A stretch of 64,000 nucleotides of DNA from Candidatus Latescibacterota bacterium (GTDB taxonomy: Bacteria > Latescibacterota > UBA2968), in assembly GCA_965222605.1 (NCBI GenBank), contig OZ244960.1, positions 2,624,001 through 2,688,000 of the forward strand, given 5' to 3'. The notes below the pieces were generated by a model that saw only the letters and a program-made list of their open reading frames with translations, was not told where the DNA came from and made no database searches. The translations under genes and the position numbers were made by a program. Of this stretch, positions 1-9,400 are shown one piece after another (within the stretch, counting starts at the first letter, position 1; each line of letters starts with the position of its first letter).

Positions 1-115
1 TCATCAAAATCTGATCGATAATCGACAGCGACTGAAACGTATGCTGCATATCCACATAGTCCTGAAGAAAATCTTCAGGTGACTTTCTCTGACGATCAGA
101 ATCGCTGGTATTGAT
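1..115 (-). CDS. Possible 5' part of a gene running off the left edge (start uncertain: ATG at 49, GTG at 55, or further upstream)
   Basis: Open frame ...DSDRQRKSPEDFLQDYVDMQHTFQSLSIIDQILM downstream of a good minus-strand promoter at 203-231; no recognisable motif. Confidence 0.3.
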   Translation of the reverse strand, partial: MNTSDSDRQRKSPEDFLQDYVDMQHTFQSLSIIDQILM

Positions 116-146
116 GGCTGACCCCCTCTCGGATGAAGCATAAAAG

Positions 147-180
147 CAACCACAGATGAACACAGATGAACACGGATAAA
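147..180 (-). repeat. Decamer array (ATCTGTGTTC)n-ATCTGTGG; other copies at 1194-1228, 3055-3087, 15864-15900, 23176-23197, 28968-29002, 40093-40135
   Basis: CAACCACAGATGAACACAGATGAACACGGATAAA read directly; same motif recurs 7 times in the window. Confidence 0.85.
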
Positions 181-202
181 AGGCAAAAAGCGTCTTCTGT
201 CA

Positions 203-231
203 AGAATACCATATCTCAAAACCCGTGTCAA
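203..231 (-). promoter_or_regulatory. Sigma70-type promoter
   Basis: TTGACA-17 bp-TATTCT on minus strand. Confidence 0.65.
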
Positions 232-240
232 GCCGTGAAC

Positions 241-1176
241 TCACTCCTTTTCGAGCTTTTCCAGCTTGCGTTCCATATCAATTTTAATCTCAGCGACAAT
301 ATTGGCAATCGGGTCCTTCTTCCCCGCCTTAATAACCACAGGCTTATTGATATCAAAATGCACCTTGTGATATAACACCAACCCGCGCGTCGCATCGATT
401 ACCCACGAACCCCCGCCTGTACCCTTCCCGTTATAATACAGAGAAACCACACTCACCTCGATCCACCCCGCGTACTCCACCTCACTATCCTCATCGATAG
501 ACACCTCCACGCGCCCCTTCTCATTCTTGATATTCTTCACCTCGTAAGTACTCTTAATTTTAATCTGCGAATCGCGCCCCAGCATATCCATACTCGCAAA
601 CGGACGCCAAAAATCGCGCTCGCCCGTCCAGGTATCGCCCTTATTAACCGGCTCATCCGGCAAAACGGGCGCAAACGCCGGCATCGCCCCCTGGAACATA
701 TCCGTAACCAAATCCTGCCGATCCACGCGAAACGCTGCAAATTCAGGCTCAAACTTCTGCACCATGCCCTCGGGCGTCACCTGCCAGGTAAAAGCCCTAT
801 CATTAAACATATCAAACGTAAACGGAAACTGCTCATACGTCTGCTTCTCGCCCAAAAAAATCGCTGCACTCGCACCCTTTTTAATCTCAGCGCGAACACT
901 CATCACCCCCTCGGGTATTGTCTTCCCCCGCAACGCCTGCGGCACAACCACCTCTTCATGGCTGCGCCACTCATTATCTATGGTCACGCGAATATGCCCG
1001 CTCTGCATCACAATCTGCTCGCCCTGATTGCTATAATACTCCACCCGAAACTTATGCTTATATTGCGCCTTGCGCCCCTCTGGGAACTTCAGTTCCAACG
1101 CTATAGGCTGTGCCCAACAGTCGGTGACAGCACTGACGAGCACCCCGAAAATAATCGTTAATTTTAATATATGCAT
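241..1176 (-). CDS. Secreted hypothetical protein (beta-rich)
   Basis: ORF with GGAGG RBS before ATG 1176; signal peptide-like N-terminus (LTIIFGVLVSAVTDCWA-Q). Confidence 0.75.
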   Translation of the reverse strand: MHILKLTIIFGVLVSAVTDCWAQPIALELKFPEGRKAQYKHKFRVEYYSNQGEQIVMQSGHIRVTIDNEWRSHEEVVVPQALRGKTIPEGVMSVRAEIKKGASAAIFLGEKQTYEQFPFTFDMFNDRAFTWQVTPEGMVQKFEPEFAAFRVDRQDLVTDMFQGAMPAFAPVLPDEPVNKGDTWTGERDFWRPFASMDMLGRDSQIKIKSTYEVKNIKNEKGRVEVSIDEDSEVEYAGWIEVSVVSLYYNGKGTGGGSWVIDATRGLVLYHKVHFDINKPVVIKAGKKDPIANIVAEIKIDMERKLEKLEKE

Positions 1177-1230
1177 AAGAACCTCCAAAACTGCAACCAC
1201 CGATGGATACAGATAAACACGGATGAGATG

Positions 1231-1737
1231 CTAATCTATTTCGATTCTTTTAATCACTTCTCGACACAAATCGGCTGATATCCAGATAGCATCATGGGCG
1301 ATGATGATCTCTATCAAGGTATTGACTTCAGCAAGGGAAATCAAATTTTCGCGGTAAGCCTGAACAATTATACCCAATGTCCCTTTGACCCTCAACCCGA
1401 GTTTTTTGGCCTCTTCTCTCGCCTTTAGGTCATCAAGTAGTACCAAGCTATCTGCTTCTTGTGTACTGAGATAAATGGCTTCTTTTTCTCCCGCATCCAA
1501 AGCCAGTGAAACTATCTCTAATGGTAAATCAGCTACATCCTCAACGATGAGTTGCTTTTGACGTATTGCTATTTCGGCCATCCTCGCATCAATGTGACCT
1601 TGTTTTCCCCCCGTGATAACAACCTCTCGATGAACCTCTGCGGAGATACTTACTTGCCCAAATAGTCGAAAAAGGATATCCAAAGTACCTATTTTACCCA
1701 GTGCCATCAGAGGACCAGAATTACAAAAGACCTTCAC
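1231..1737 (-). CDS. DUF3368-family PIN-domain protein (putative toxin)
   Basis: Motifs NSGPLMAL, LDAGEKEAI, LLDDLKAR, VKGTLGII typical of DUF3368/PIN. Confidence 0.85.
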   Translation of the reverse strand: MKVFCNSGPLMALGKIGTLDILFRLFGQVSISAEVHREVVITGGKQGHIDARMAEIAIRQKQLIVEDVADLPLEIVSLALDAGEKEAIYLSTQEADSLVLLDDLKAREEAKKLGLRVKGTLGIIVQAYRENLISLAEVNTLIEIIIAHDAIWISADLCREVIKRIEID

Positions 1738-1997
1738 ACCAGTTCTTCCTGGACCTGGGTTTTACTCCAACGAGGTTGGATTCCAACGATCCGAGCCTGA
1801 TGTACCATTTCCTGCTCTGTTAGATCGGCGAGTTCTGCTGCTCTGCCAATTGATACAAGCCCGCGCTGGTAGAGCAACAGGGCTTCCTGAATTTTGACCT
1901 GAGACAACCCGAGCAACAGAAGCTCTCCCAACCGGTCTTTATAGGCTTCCAACTCCGCCATTTTTTGATCGGGAATTTCGACTGTTGTTTTTGCCAT
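1734..1997 (-). CDS. UPF0175-family protein (putative antitoxin)
   Basis: ALLLYQRGLVSIGRAAELADL motif; 4-bp overlap with PIN gene. Confidence 0.8.
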   Translation of the reverse strand: MAKTTVEIPDQKMAELEAYKDRLGELLLLGLSQVKIQEALLLYQRGLVSIGRAAELADLTEQEMVHQARIVGIQPRWSKTQVQEELV

Positions 1998-2019
1998 CCG
2001 TAAGATCCTTATTCTCAAT

Positions 2020-3030
2020 TCACCGCCTTCTCGCGCGCTTCACGCGCACCGGGCGGCCGTTTTTTTCTGCGGACTCCCAGGCGGCTTCGGTCAACTGAAT
2101 CACGCGCAAACCGCACACGGGCGGCACCTGAATTTCATCGCGCCCCAAAATCGCATCTACAAAATTTTGATCTGGACTCACAAACCGCGACGGCAAACTA
2201 TTGGCATCGACCTCAACCGGTGCATTGCCACCGTACTTGCACGTCACCTTCCCATTGCGAGAATAAATCGCCCCCTTTGTGCCCCAAATCGTAATATCCT
2301 CCCACATTCCCGGACCCGGACCTGTACCCACAACAGAAAAATTCGCCAACGCGCCATTCTCAAACACAATGGACAGCGCCGAATTAATATCCACCTCCGT
2401 ATCCAGATTCTCCATAAAAGCCGATACGCGCGCGGGCGCCTGATCCACCATCCACAGCACAACATCCAGCAAATGACTCCCCGAATCATTCAACTGACCC
2501 CCGCCCGACAGCGCGTGGACCTGCCGCCACTTCCCCTGTTGATTCTCATACCAATGCTGATCTTGCATCGCCTGAATAAACTGAACCTCTCCGATCTCAC
2601 CCGCCTGAATCTGATTCCGCATAAACCGAAACGTCGGCGCCATGTGCCGTTGATAGGACACCATCAAAACCCGATCCACCTCCTCTGCCTTATCCATCAC
2701 CTGAAGCGCGTGGTCAACCGTACACACCATCGGCTTCTCCGTCAGCACATGCAGACCCTTATCCAAACTATCCATAATCTGTTCAAAATGCAACGTATGC
2801 GGCGTAGAAATCTCTGTCGCATCCATCTCCACATTATTCAGCATCTCCCTGTGATTGGCAAACCTCGGCAACGCCTCTGCCTGGGGCACGCGCTCAAACA
2901 ACCGCGCAAAACTCGCCTCACTCGGATCTGCGAGTGCCACAACCTCCACATCCTGCATCTTCATCAAACGCCCGATGTGGCCGCCCATATTGCCACCACA
3001 CCCGATTAAACCCATTCGCACCTTCTCCAT
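2020..3030 (-). CDS. Gfo/Idh/MocA family oxidoreductase
   Basis: GLIGCGG Rossmann motif, STPHTLH, HVLTEKPM, GGGQLNDSGSHLLD. Confidence 0.92.
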   Translation of the reverse strand: MEKVRMGLIGCGGNMGGHIGRLMKMQDVEVVALADPSEASFARLFERVPQAEALPRFANHREMLNNVEMDATEISTPHTLHFEQIMDSLDKGLHVLTEKPMVCTVDHALQVMDKAEEVDRVLMVSYQRHMAPTFRFMRNQIQAGEIGEVQFIQAMQDQHWYENQQGKWRQVHALSGGGQLNDSGSHLLDVVLWMVDQAPARVSAFMENLDTEVDINSALSIVFENGALANFSVVGTGPGPGMWEDITIWGTKGAIYSRNGKVTCKYGGNAPVEVDANSLPSRFVSPDQNFVDAILGRDEIQVPPVCGLRVIQLTEAAWESAEKNGRPVRVKRARRR

Positions 3031-3090
3031 CCAAAACTCCTTTCAAATCAAATGCAACCACCGATGAACACCGATGAACACAGAGATGAC

Positions 3091-3116
3091 GGGACGGCAC
3101 GGGGACCGTCCCCTAC
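3091..3116 (-). repeat. GTAG-type REP family B (GGGACGGCACGGGGACCGTCCCCTAC on +); copies at 3222-3246, 3250-3275, 14830-14855, 14879-14905, 17850-17865 (partial), 25169-25194, 28827-28852 (inverted), 43954-43979, 44003-44028, 56480-56505
   Basis: Imperfect palindrome GGGACGG...CCGTCCC with GTAG foot, near-identical copies read directly. Confidence 0.9.
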
Positions 3117-3126
3117 AACGTGCTCG

Positions 3127-3155
3127 AATATAGTTTCACATATACAATACCGCAA
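3127..3155 (-). promoter_or_regulatory. Possible sigma70 promoter for the oxidoreductase
   Basis: TTGCGG-17 bp-TATATT on minus strand. Confidence 0.45.
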
Positions 3156-3159
3156 TAAC

Positions 3160-3199
3160 AAAAAAAAGGCCACTGGACAATATGCCCAATGACCTTTTT
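3160..3199 (-). terminator. Rho-independent terminator of the surface-protein operon
   Basis: Minus strand AGGTCATTGGG-loop-TCCAGTGGCCT hairpin (G-U pairs) followed by a T run. Confidence 0.7.
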
Positions 3200-3271
3200 G
3201 AATCGGCACCGTCCCAACAACGGGACGGCACGGGGACCGTCTCAACAACGGGACGGCACGGGGACCGTCCC

Positions 3272-5320
3272 CTACTTCAACAGCAGCATCTTCTGGATCG
3301 CGGTATTTGAACCCGCTTTGATCTCGGCGATATAAACGCCACTACCAACGCTGCGGCCCAGATAATCCTTAGCATCCCACTGGACACTATAACGACCTGC
3401 TGTATAATGCCGGCTCACGAGTTGACGAATCTCCTGCCCAATCGCATCGTAAATCACGATAGACACATCTGTCTCAGCAGGCAAATCATAGGAAATCGTC
3501 GTTCTCGGGTTAAACGGATTGGGATAAACCGTCGAAGCAAATTCTGTGGGCAGAATGAAACGCGCGCCCAACAGCACCTCAATCGGATTCGAACGATTAA
3601 TCGTCCCATCCAGATCAATTTGCTCGAGCAGGTAATAAACCTTCCCAACAGCGGGAAGGCTCGTATCCTCAAACATATAATCCATCAACTGATCGGTCGT
3701 ACCGGCACCGGCTATGAGCGCGCTGACCACCTCGTAGGTCTCACCATCCGTGCTGCGAAGCACGCGGAAACCCGCATTATTGGTCTGCGAAGCCGTCGCC
3801 CAATTCAGCACCACGCGGTCTTCAATCACCGATCCGACAAAAGACGACAACTCAATCGGCACCTGCTCGTCAAACTGAACAGTTGTCTCAACAGAAGCCA
3901 TGCCATCACTCGCCGTCACCGTGACAACAGCGGAACCCAGACCAGTCGCAGTCAAAACATAAACTTCAAGCATATTCATGTCCGGGTGACCATCGATCAT
4001 AGCCGCGCCTTCTACAGTATGCGAAAAGGTAATTTTAGAACCCTCGGCAAAGCCCAGAGCGGTAATCTTAACCGTCGCTTCACCACCGCGCGGAATCGTC
4101 GCAATAGTCGCAGACACCTCCAGCCGCGGACCGAAATTATACATCACCGGTGCTGGAATCATCAGCATCGTCGTCTCGCCAGACGCGAGAAGCCCTGTAA
4201 ACGACTCAACACCAACCGTAAACGGCACAGCCTCAGCACCTGTCATCAGCTTCACCGTGCCCAAAAAACCACCATTGGACAGCATCACCGCTTGTTCAGA
4301 ACCAACATCGACCATATTACCGGAAATACCCAGCAGAGTTATACCCTCAGCAGGTGCAAAACCCGTGATCATCGCCGCAGAAGCCGGATCAATCGTAAAT
4401 GAGATACTCGCACCGCCGATACCACCATCTATATCACCTGCAAACACCTCAATGGCAATCTCTTCATTGGCACCGGCACTGGCCGCGAGCATACCATCAT
4501 CCATCATATTCATCATGTCCATGCCGACAACGGCATCCAGCGCGGGAAGCCTCACCTCGACAAACTCAATCGTAATCGGATCGGTTGTGGTCATACCATC
4601 ACTCGCCGTCACGATCGCCTTTGCCGGGCCACTTGCCGTCAACGTCAGCGTGGCGCCATCCATCATGGACATAACATGCTCAATCATTTCGCCCTGCACG
4701 TCAAAGGTAATCGTCGCATCGGCGGCAAAATTCACAGCCGTAATCGTTGCCTTCCCGGTGCTACCCGCTGGCACAGAAACCACAGTCGCATCTGCTTCCA
4801 GCCTGGGAATGGCATTAAAAGACAAGGGTGCCATCATCGCCGTGGTAATATCATCAGTGTTAGTAGGATCGGCACCACTGGCCAGGCTCTTAATACTGAC
4901 GCCAACTGTAAATTCAGTACTTGCCATCACACCTTCTACGGGCGTCAGCGTAACAGTCGTGAAATAGTCGTTGGTCAAAGAAGCACCAGGTGGAACACCA
5001 CCAATAGTAGCAACATTTGCTGTTGTACCCAGAACAAAAAGTCCCGCAGCAGAAGTCGCACTTTTGACCGTCAGCTTATCCGTATCAAAAGTTATCTCAC
5101 CACCGACAATGGGACCTGCCAACCCACTGATAAATATTTCAACGACAACATCGGTACCCGCAACAGCAGTACCCGATGTATGGCCATCATTCATTTTATT
5201 GTCACTGGCATCAATGTCAACTGACAAAACAGCATTTGCATTGGGACCAGCAGAAGCTTGACCCACAAACGCCAGAAATGCAAGGGCAGTAAAAAATAAC
5301 AATCCTCTTTTCAAAAACAT
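3272..5320 (-). CDS. Secreted surface protein with cohesin-like/Ig-like repeats and C-terminal FlgD-Ig/T9SS-type sorting domain
   Basis: Signal peptide MFLKRG...GQASA; VPIELSSF...LNWATASQTNNAGF module; YPNPFNPRTTISYDLP...WDAKD...SGVY...KMLLLK tail; GAAGGAG RBS. Confidence 0.85.
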   Translation of the reverse strand: MFLKRGLLFFTALAFLAFVGQASAGPNANAVLSVDIDASDNKMNDGHTSGTAVAGTDVVVEIFISGLAGPIVGGEITFDTDKLTVKSATSAAGLFVLGTTANVATIGGVPPGASLTNDYFTTVTLTPVEGVMASTEFTVGVSIKSLASGADPTNTDDITTAMMAPLSFNAIPRLEADATVVSVPAGSTGKATITAVNFAADATITFDVQGEMIEHVMSMMDGATLTLTASGPAKAIVTASDGMTTTDPITIEFVEVRLPALDAVVGMDMMNMMDDGMLAASAGANEEIAIEVFAGDIDGGIGGASISFTIDPASAAMITGFAPAEGITLLGISGNMVDVGSEQAVMLSNGGFLGTVKLMTGAEAVPFTVGVESFTGLLASGETTMLMIPAPVMYNFGPRLEVSATIATIPRGGEATVKITALGFAEGSKITFSHTVEGAAMIDGHPDMNMLEVYVLTATGLGSAVVTVTASDGMASVETTVQFDEQVPIELSSFVGSVIEDRVVLNWATASQTNNAGFRVLRSTDGETYEVVSALIAGAGTTDQLMDYMFEDTSLPAVGKVYYLLEQIDLDGTINRSNPIEVLLGARFILPTEFASTVYPNPFNPRTTISYDLPAETDVSIVIYDAIGQEIRQLVSRHYTAGRYSVQWDAKDYLGRSVGSGVYIAEIKAGSNTAIQKMLLLK

Positions 5321-5372
5321 TTGCAAGACTCCTTCGCTGAAAACTACTCCTTGTAAGTTCTGAGGGAAAAAT

Positions 5373-5399
5373 TAGGGGCGAGGCATGCCTCGCCCCTAC
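5373..5399. repeat. GTAG-type REP family A (GGGCGAGGCATGCCTCGCCCCTAC); copies at 20888-20911, 21520-21544, 24913-24936, 24972-24987 (half), 25225-25248, 28940-28963, 40063-40086
   Basis: Perfect 26-bp palindrome TAGGGGCGAGGCATGCCTCGCCCCTA here; same core at the other sites. Confidence 0.92.
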
Positions 5400-5403
5400 C
5401 GAA

Positions 5404-8400
5404 TTACTTGAGCAGCATCAGCTTCCGCACATCCTGGAACTTCCCTGCCGAAATCTGGTAGAAATAAATCCCACTCGAAACCGGCATCCCGCGATCGTCC
5501 ATACCGTCCCAACGGACCTGATAACGACCGACCGACTGCGATTCAGCAGCCATAAGCGTCCGCACGACCTGACCCACCACATTGTAAATCTGGAGCGTCA
5601 CATCGGCAGACTCGGCCAATTCATAACCGATCGTTGTGTCGGGGTTAAACGGATTGGGGAAATTCTGGAGCAGTGCAAACTCTGTAGGCGTCGTCTGAAT
5701 ATCCAGCACACCGCCAGCCAACGGATTGGCGAACTGACTCGGATCGAAAACCAGACCGTCGGCAATCTCAAACCGCGCATTATCTTCAAAATCGCTCAAC
5801 ACGCGGAAAATCAACCGAACAATATCGCCATCACCAGAAACCTCCGAGCCATTAACGATCGCATTCATAACGTTAACCTGCCCGGCCTCATCCGACAAGC
5901 TTCTGAACAGCGGGGTCTCGCCACCTGCGGACTTCAGCAAATCCTCAGCAGCCGGCACCGCTTCTACAAACTCGAACTTCTCAGCATCGAAGTGCAGCAC
6001 AAACCCATAACCCATCAGAGCCTGCACATTGGCCAGAGACACATCCACAAACATCATCTCGCCAGCCACCACGCGATCACTGCCCAAACGCAATGAGAAC
6101 TCAGCATTCTCATTCACGCCAAGAATAGGCGTAACCAGAGACTTGCCCGCCGGACCCTGTGCTTCTTTGCCATACGAGCTAAAGAACAGAATAAAGTCAT
6201 CGAAATTGACCATCTTATCGTCATTCAGGTCAGCCTGAACAAAAACTCTCCAGTTCTCGTGCGTCTCATCGGTATTAAACGCCATCGTAAAGGCTACAAA
6301 GTCTTCAAAGTCAACCGTCAGCGGCGTCATAGCCCCGTGCCTGTCGAGCTTCACGACATAAACAGAACCACCGTCTGCATCCACAAACGCCTTGCGCGTC
6401 GGGATAAGCTCAACCACCAGCGGCACACTCGGCGTCATATTGGTCCCGTCCATCGCAACCACAGTCAACAGCACCGCGGGCACACCCTGATTAATCAGAG
6501 ACTCAATCAAAGCCTGCGGAACCTGGAAACTGGTCGAACCAGCGGGAACAACACCGATATCGATCATCGCATCTTCGCTGGCACCACCCATAATCCTGTA
6601 ACCCAGCACATGGGGAATGACAATCGCGTAACCGCGATACATCACCATATCCAGGCCACCATCATCGGCGGACGCCGTCCAGGTAACCATCCCGGTCTCC
6701 ACATCAGCGGCAAGATCGGTCGCAGCAGCAGGGGCTGTATCATCTACCGCACCCACCATATCACCCGTGGGCGTAATTGGAGACGAAACAATAGGACCAG
6801 ACCCATCCGTGCGAATATTCTGCGGAACAGCAACATCGCCACCCACCAGAACACTCAAATCCGGATCCAGCGCGGCAAACACCACATTCTTCCTACCGCC
6901 AATAATCGAATTGATATAATCAGCAGAAGGCATAAACATCTTGGCAAGCTCATCCTCGGTGACAATCCGATTGGGATCCACACCCAAAAGCTGAGCCATC
7001 AGTTGCACGCTCTCCTTGGAGAACACGCGCTTGCCAGCAGGCGTAATCTCTGCCGAATCCATACCCTTCTCAGCAGCAACGCCCCAGCGAGTCGCCGTGT
7101 CGTCCGTCACCGGAACAACCGCGCGCGTCATACCTTCTTCATCATCATTGTCCATCGCGTCAACAACAGCCCAGGGAACCCACTTCGCCACCGGCTCACC
7201 GACTACCACATTGCCGTCGGCATCCATTGCGGTATTCACCATCATCTCGCGATAAACGCGATACTGACTCACATCAGCGTGATTTGACGAATTGGCAAAA
7301 CTCACCATCACATAATGGCCATTATCCCCTTCCTGATCCTGCACAACCACACTCGCAGGAGCAGCGGGCAACTCTTGCTCAAACGTCACTTCAACCGCAG
7401 ACGTCGTAATGCCCGCACCAGAAGCCGTCACAGACACAGTAACCGTGCCAGTAGAAGTCAGCGTCAGCACATTGCCATCTGCCGACGTTGTAAGATAAGG
7501 ACTGTCTGACGGATCAACATTGAACGTAATCTCGGCACCTTCGGGGAAACCAGTCGCAACGACCATTGCCATAGCACTGGGAACCGTAGCTTGCGGAACC
7601 ATAACCGTCTCAGTCGCATCTGACGCAACAGAGGGCATCGCCCGGAACAGAATGCTAACCATCTCAGTTGATGTACCATCAGCACCAGTACCTGTCACTG
7701 ACACCATCGCAGACCCTTCACCGCTCGCCGTCAACGTCACCATACCACCATCGGTATCGGCGTTAACCGTAGCGGTACCAGAAGTCCTGCTTATCATATA
7801 ACTAATAACACCTTCAAGACCCGTTGCCGAAATCGTCACCGAATAGTCCCCACCCTCGGGGATAATAACATCCGTTTCACTTGCAGTCAGATAAGGATCG
7901 GGATTCGAGAACGTAATCGTCAGCGAAACAGAAGCCGTACCATCGGTAGCCGTCACCGTCACAGTGCCGGGAGCTCCCGTCGTAATCATCAGGCTGGAAC
8001 CATCTTCCACAGCCTGAAAATCGGTAGAAGCTGTATAAGTAAACCTGATCTCAGCACCTTCATCAAAACCGGCAGCCGTAACCGACGCTGAAGCTGAGGC
8101 GCCAAAATCTTCAAACATCACCTCGGTGCTCTCAGTCATCAACACCGGTGGAGCCTTTGTAAAAACAATCGTAACCGGATCGAGATCAACGCCACCAGCC
8201 GTTGCAGACACCGTCACTGTGGCATTGCCCGTTGCGGACACCGTCACAGAATTACCATCATCCGACACCGTGCCCGCATCAGCGGGATCTACGGTAAACT
8301 CAACCGCTTCACCCTCTGTATCAATCGCGGTCACTGTCGCCATCGCCGTTTCGCCAAAGGGAACTTCGACCGCAGTTGCATCGGCTTCGAGAGAGGGCGA

Positions 8401-9330
8401 GAACGCATTGACCACCACCGGATCACCAGCTTCAGCGGCGACTTTCATCCCACCCGCTGTAAACACAGTAACCGAAGCACTAATGGTAAACGTCGATCCA
8501 TCGTAATCGGGACCTGTGGTAAACGTCACAGAACCATAACTGCCGCCTTCCAGCATCGTGGGCGCACCAATAAGCGTGACGGTCATACCATCTCCGCCCG
8601 GAGCCTCTATCAAACCGCCAGCAGGCGCCCCATCAGTGATCCCCGCCACAGCGGGATCAACTGTAAAGGTAATCTCGGCACCAACCGTCATACCCGTCAA
8701 CCCATCAACAGCCACATCGACAACAATCTCAGCACCTGCGCCAACCTGGTTGACCGAGGATTCGCCGCCACTCGTCAGAGAAACGGACAAATCATCCATC
8801 GGCATCGGCATCCCAGTGTCGCCGTTGTCACCATTGCCATCACCATTGCCATCACCATTGCCATTGCCATCACCCGGCGGCGTCCCACCAGCATTAAACA
8901 TAAGTGCTGCGGGAAGTGGAACAGGAAGAGCAACATTATTGAGTTTAATTGACTTAATACCAATGGAAAATTCCACACCCGTTACATCTGAAGCTGTGGT
9001 AAAGGTAAAACTGGCACTTGCGGGCACCGGCATCGGTCCCGAAAGAGAAGCAAAGGCAGCCTTACTACCAACAACAGGAAGGGAAATAAAGTCGCCAGCA
9101 GTATAGGAACTCAGAGTTACAGACGCATCAATATCAAACTCAATCTCTATGGCATTCACGGATTGGTCAACACCCATTTGGGAAACATCAACCGCAATCT
9201 CCGTGCCCGCTCCAGTAACCGTGGCAGAGCCACCCTCACCAAGAGAGAGCGACACCTGCGCAGAAGCCTGCCCTGCAAACATCAGCAATGCCAAAGCAGT
9301 CGTAAACAAAAGACTTTTTTTCAAAAACAT
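5404..9330 (-). CDS. Large acidic secreted protein: cohesin-like and Ig-like repeats, FN3-like region, dockerin-like EF-hand pair, cohesin, FlgD-Ig/T9SS tail
   Basis: Signal peptide MFLKKS...GQASA; ADLNDDKMVNFDDF EF loop; VDVSLANVQALMGYGFVLHFDAEKFEF cohesin-like; NFPNPFNPDT tail; GAGGAG RBS before ATG 9330. Confidence 0.85.
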   Translation of the reverse strand: MFLKKSLLFTTALALLMFAGQASAQVSLSLGEGGSATVTGAGTEIAVDVSQMGVDQSVNAIEIEFDIDASVTLSSYTAGDFISLPVVGSKAAFASLSGPMPVPASASFTFTTASDVTGVEFSIGIKSIKLNNVALPVPLPAALMFNAGGTPPGDGNGNGDGNGDGNGDNGDTGMPMPMDDLSVSLTSGGESSVNQVGAGAEIVVDVAVDGLTGMTVGAEITFTVDPAVAGITDGAPAGGLIEAPGGDGMTVTLIGAPTMLEGGSYGSVTFTTGPDYDGSTFTISASVTVFTAGGMKVAAEAGDPVVVNAFSPSLEADATAVEVPFGETAMATVTAIDTEGEAVEFTVDPADAGTVSDDGNSVTVSATGNATVTVSATAGGVDLDPVTIVFTKAPPVLMTESTEVMFEDFGASASASVTAAGFDEGAEIRFTYTASTDFQAVEDGSSLMITTGAPGTVTVTATDGTASVSLTITFSNPDPYLTASETDVIIPEGGDYSVTISATGLEGVISYMISRTSGTATVNADTDGGMVTLTASGEGSAMVSVTGTGADGTSTEMVSILFRAMPSVASDATETVMVPQATVPSAMAMVVATGFPEGAEITFNVDPSDSPYLTTSADGNVLTLTSTGTVTVSVTASGAGITTSAVEVTFEQELPAAPASVVVQDQEGDNGHYVMVSFANSSNHADVSQYRVYREMMVNTAMDADGNVVVGEPVAKWVPWAVVDAMDNDDEEGMTRAVVPVTDDTATRWGVAAEKGMDSAEITPAGKRVFSKESVQLMAQLLGVDPNRIVTEDELAKMFMPSADYINSIIGGRKNVVFAALDPDLSVLVGGDVAVPQNIRTDGSGPIVSSPITPTGDMVGAVDDTAPAAATDLAADVETGMVTWTASADDGGLDMVMYRGYAIVIPHVLGYRIMGGASEDAMIDIGVVPAGSTSFQVPQALIESLINQGVPAVLLTVVAMDGTNMTPSVPLVVELIPTRKAFVDADGGSVYVVKLDRHGAMTPLTVDFEDFVAFTMAFNTDETHENWRVFVQADLNDDKMVNFDDFILFFSSYGKEAQGPAGKSLVTPILGVNENAEFSLRLGSDRVVAGEMMFVDVSLANVQALMGYGFVLHFDAEKFEFVEAVPAAEDLLKSAGGETPLFRSLSDEAGQVNVMNAIVNGSEVSGDGDIVRLIFRVLSDFEDNARFEIADGLVFDPSQFANPLAGGVLDIQTTPTEFALLQNFPNPFNPDTTIGYELAESADVTLQIYNVVGQVVRTLMAAESQSVGRYQVRWDGMDDRGMPVSSGIYFYQISAGKFQDVRKLMLLK
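8820..8875 (-). repeat. Low-complexity GDGNGN linker repeat within CDS
   Basis: Tandem CCATTG/CCATCA hexamers encoding GDGNGNGDGNGDGNGDNGD. Confidence 0.8.
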
Positions 9331-9400
9331 TACAAACTCCTCTAATTGAAAAATGGAATCGGGAAGCCTCAACAGGGAAACTTCCCGACCCATCGGCGAA

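Noticed and set aside
3091-3275. Clustered 26-bp repeats as a CRISPR array
   Set aside because: Spacing irregular (2 bp to >100 bp), copies dispersed through the window, no cas genes; they are REP-type palindromes
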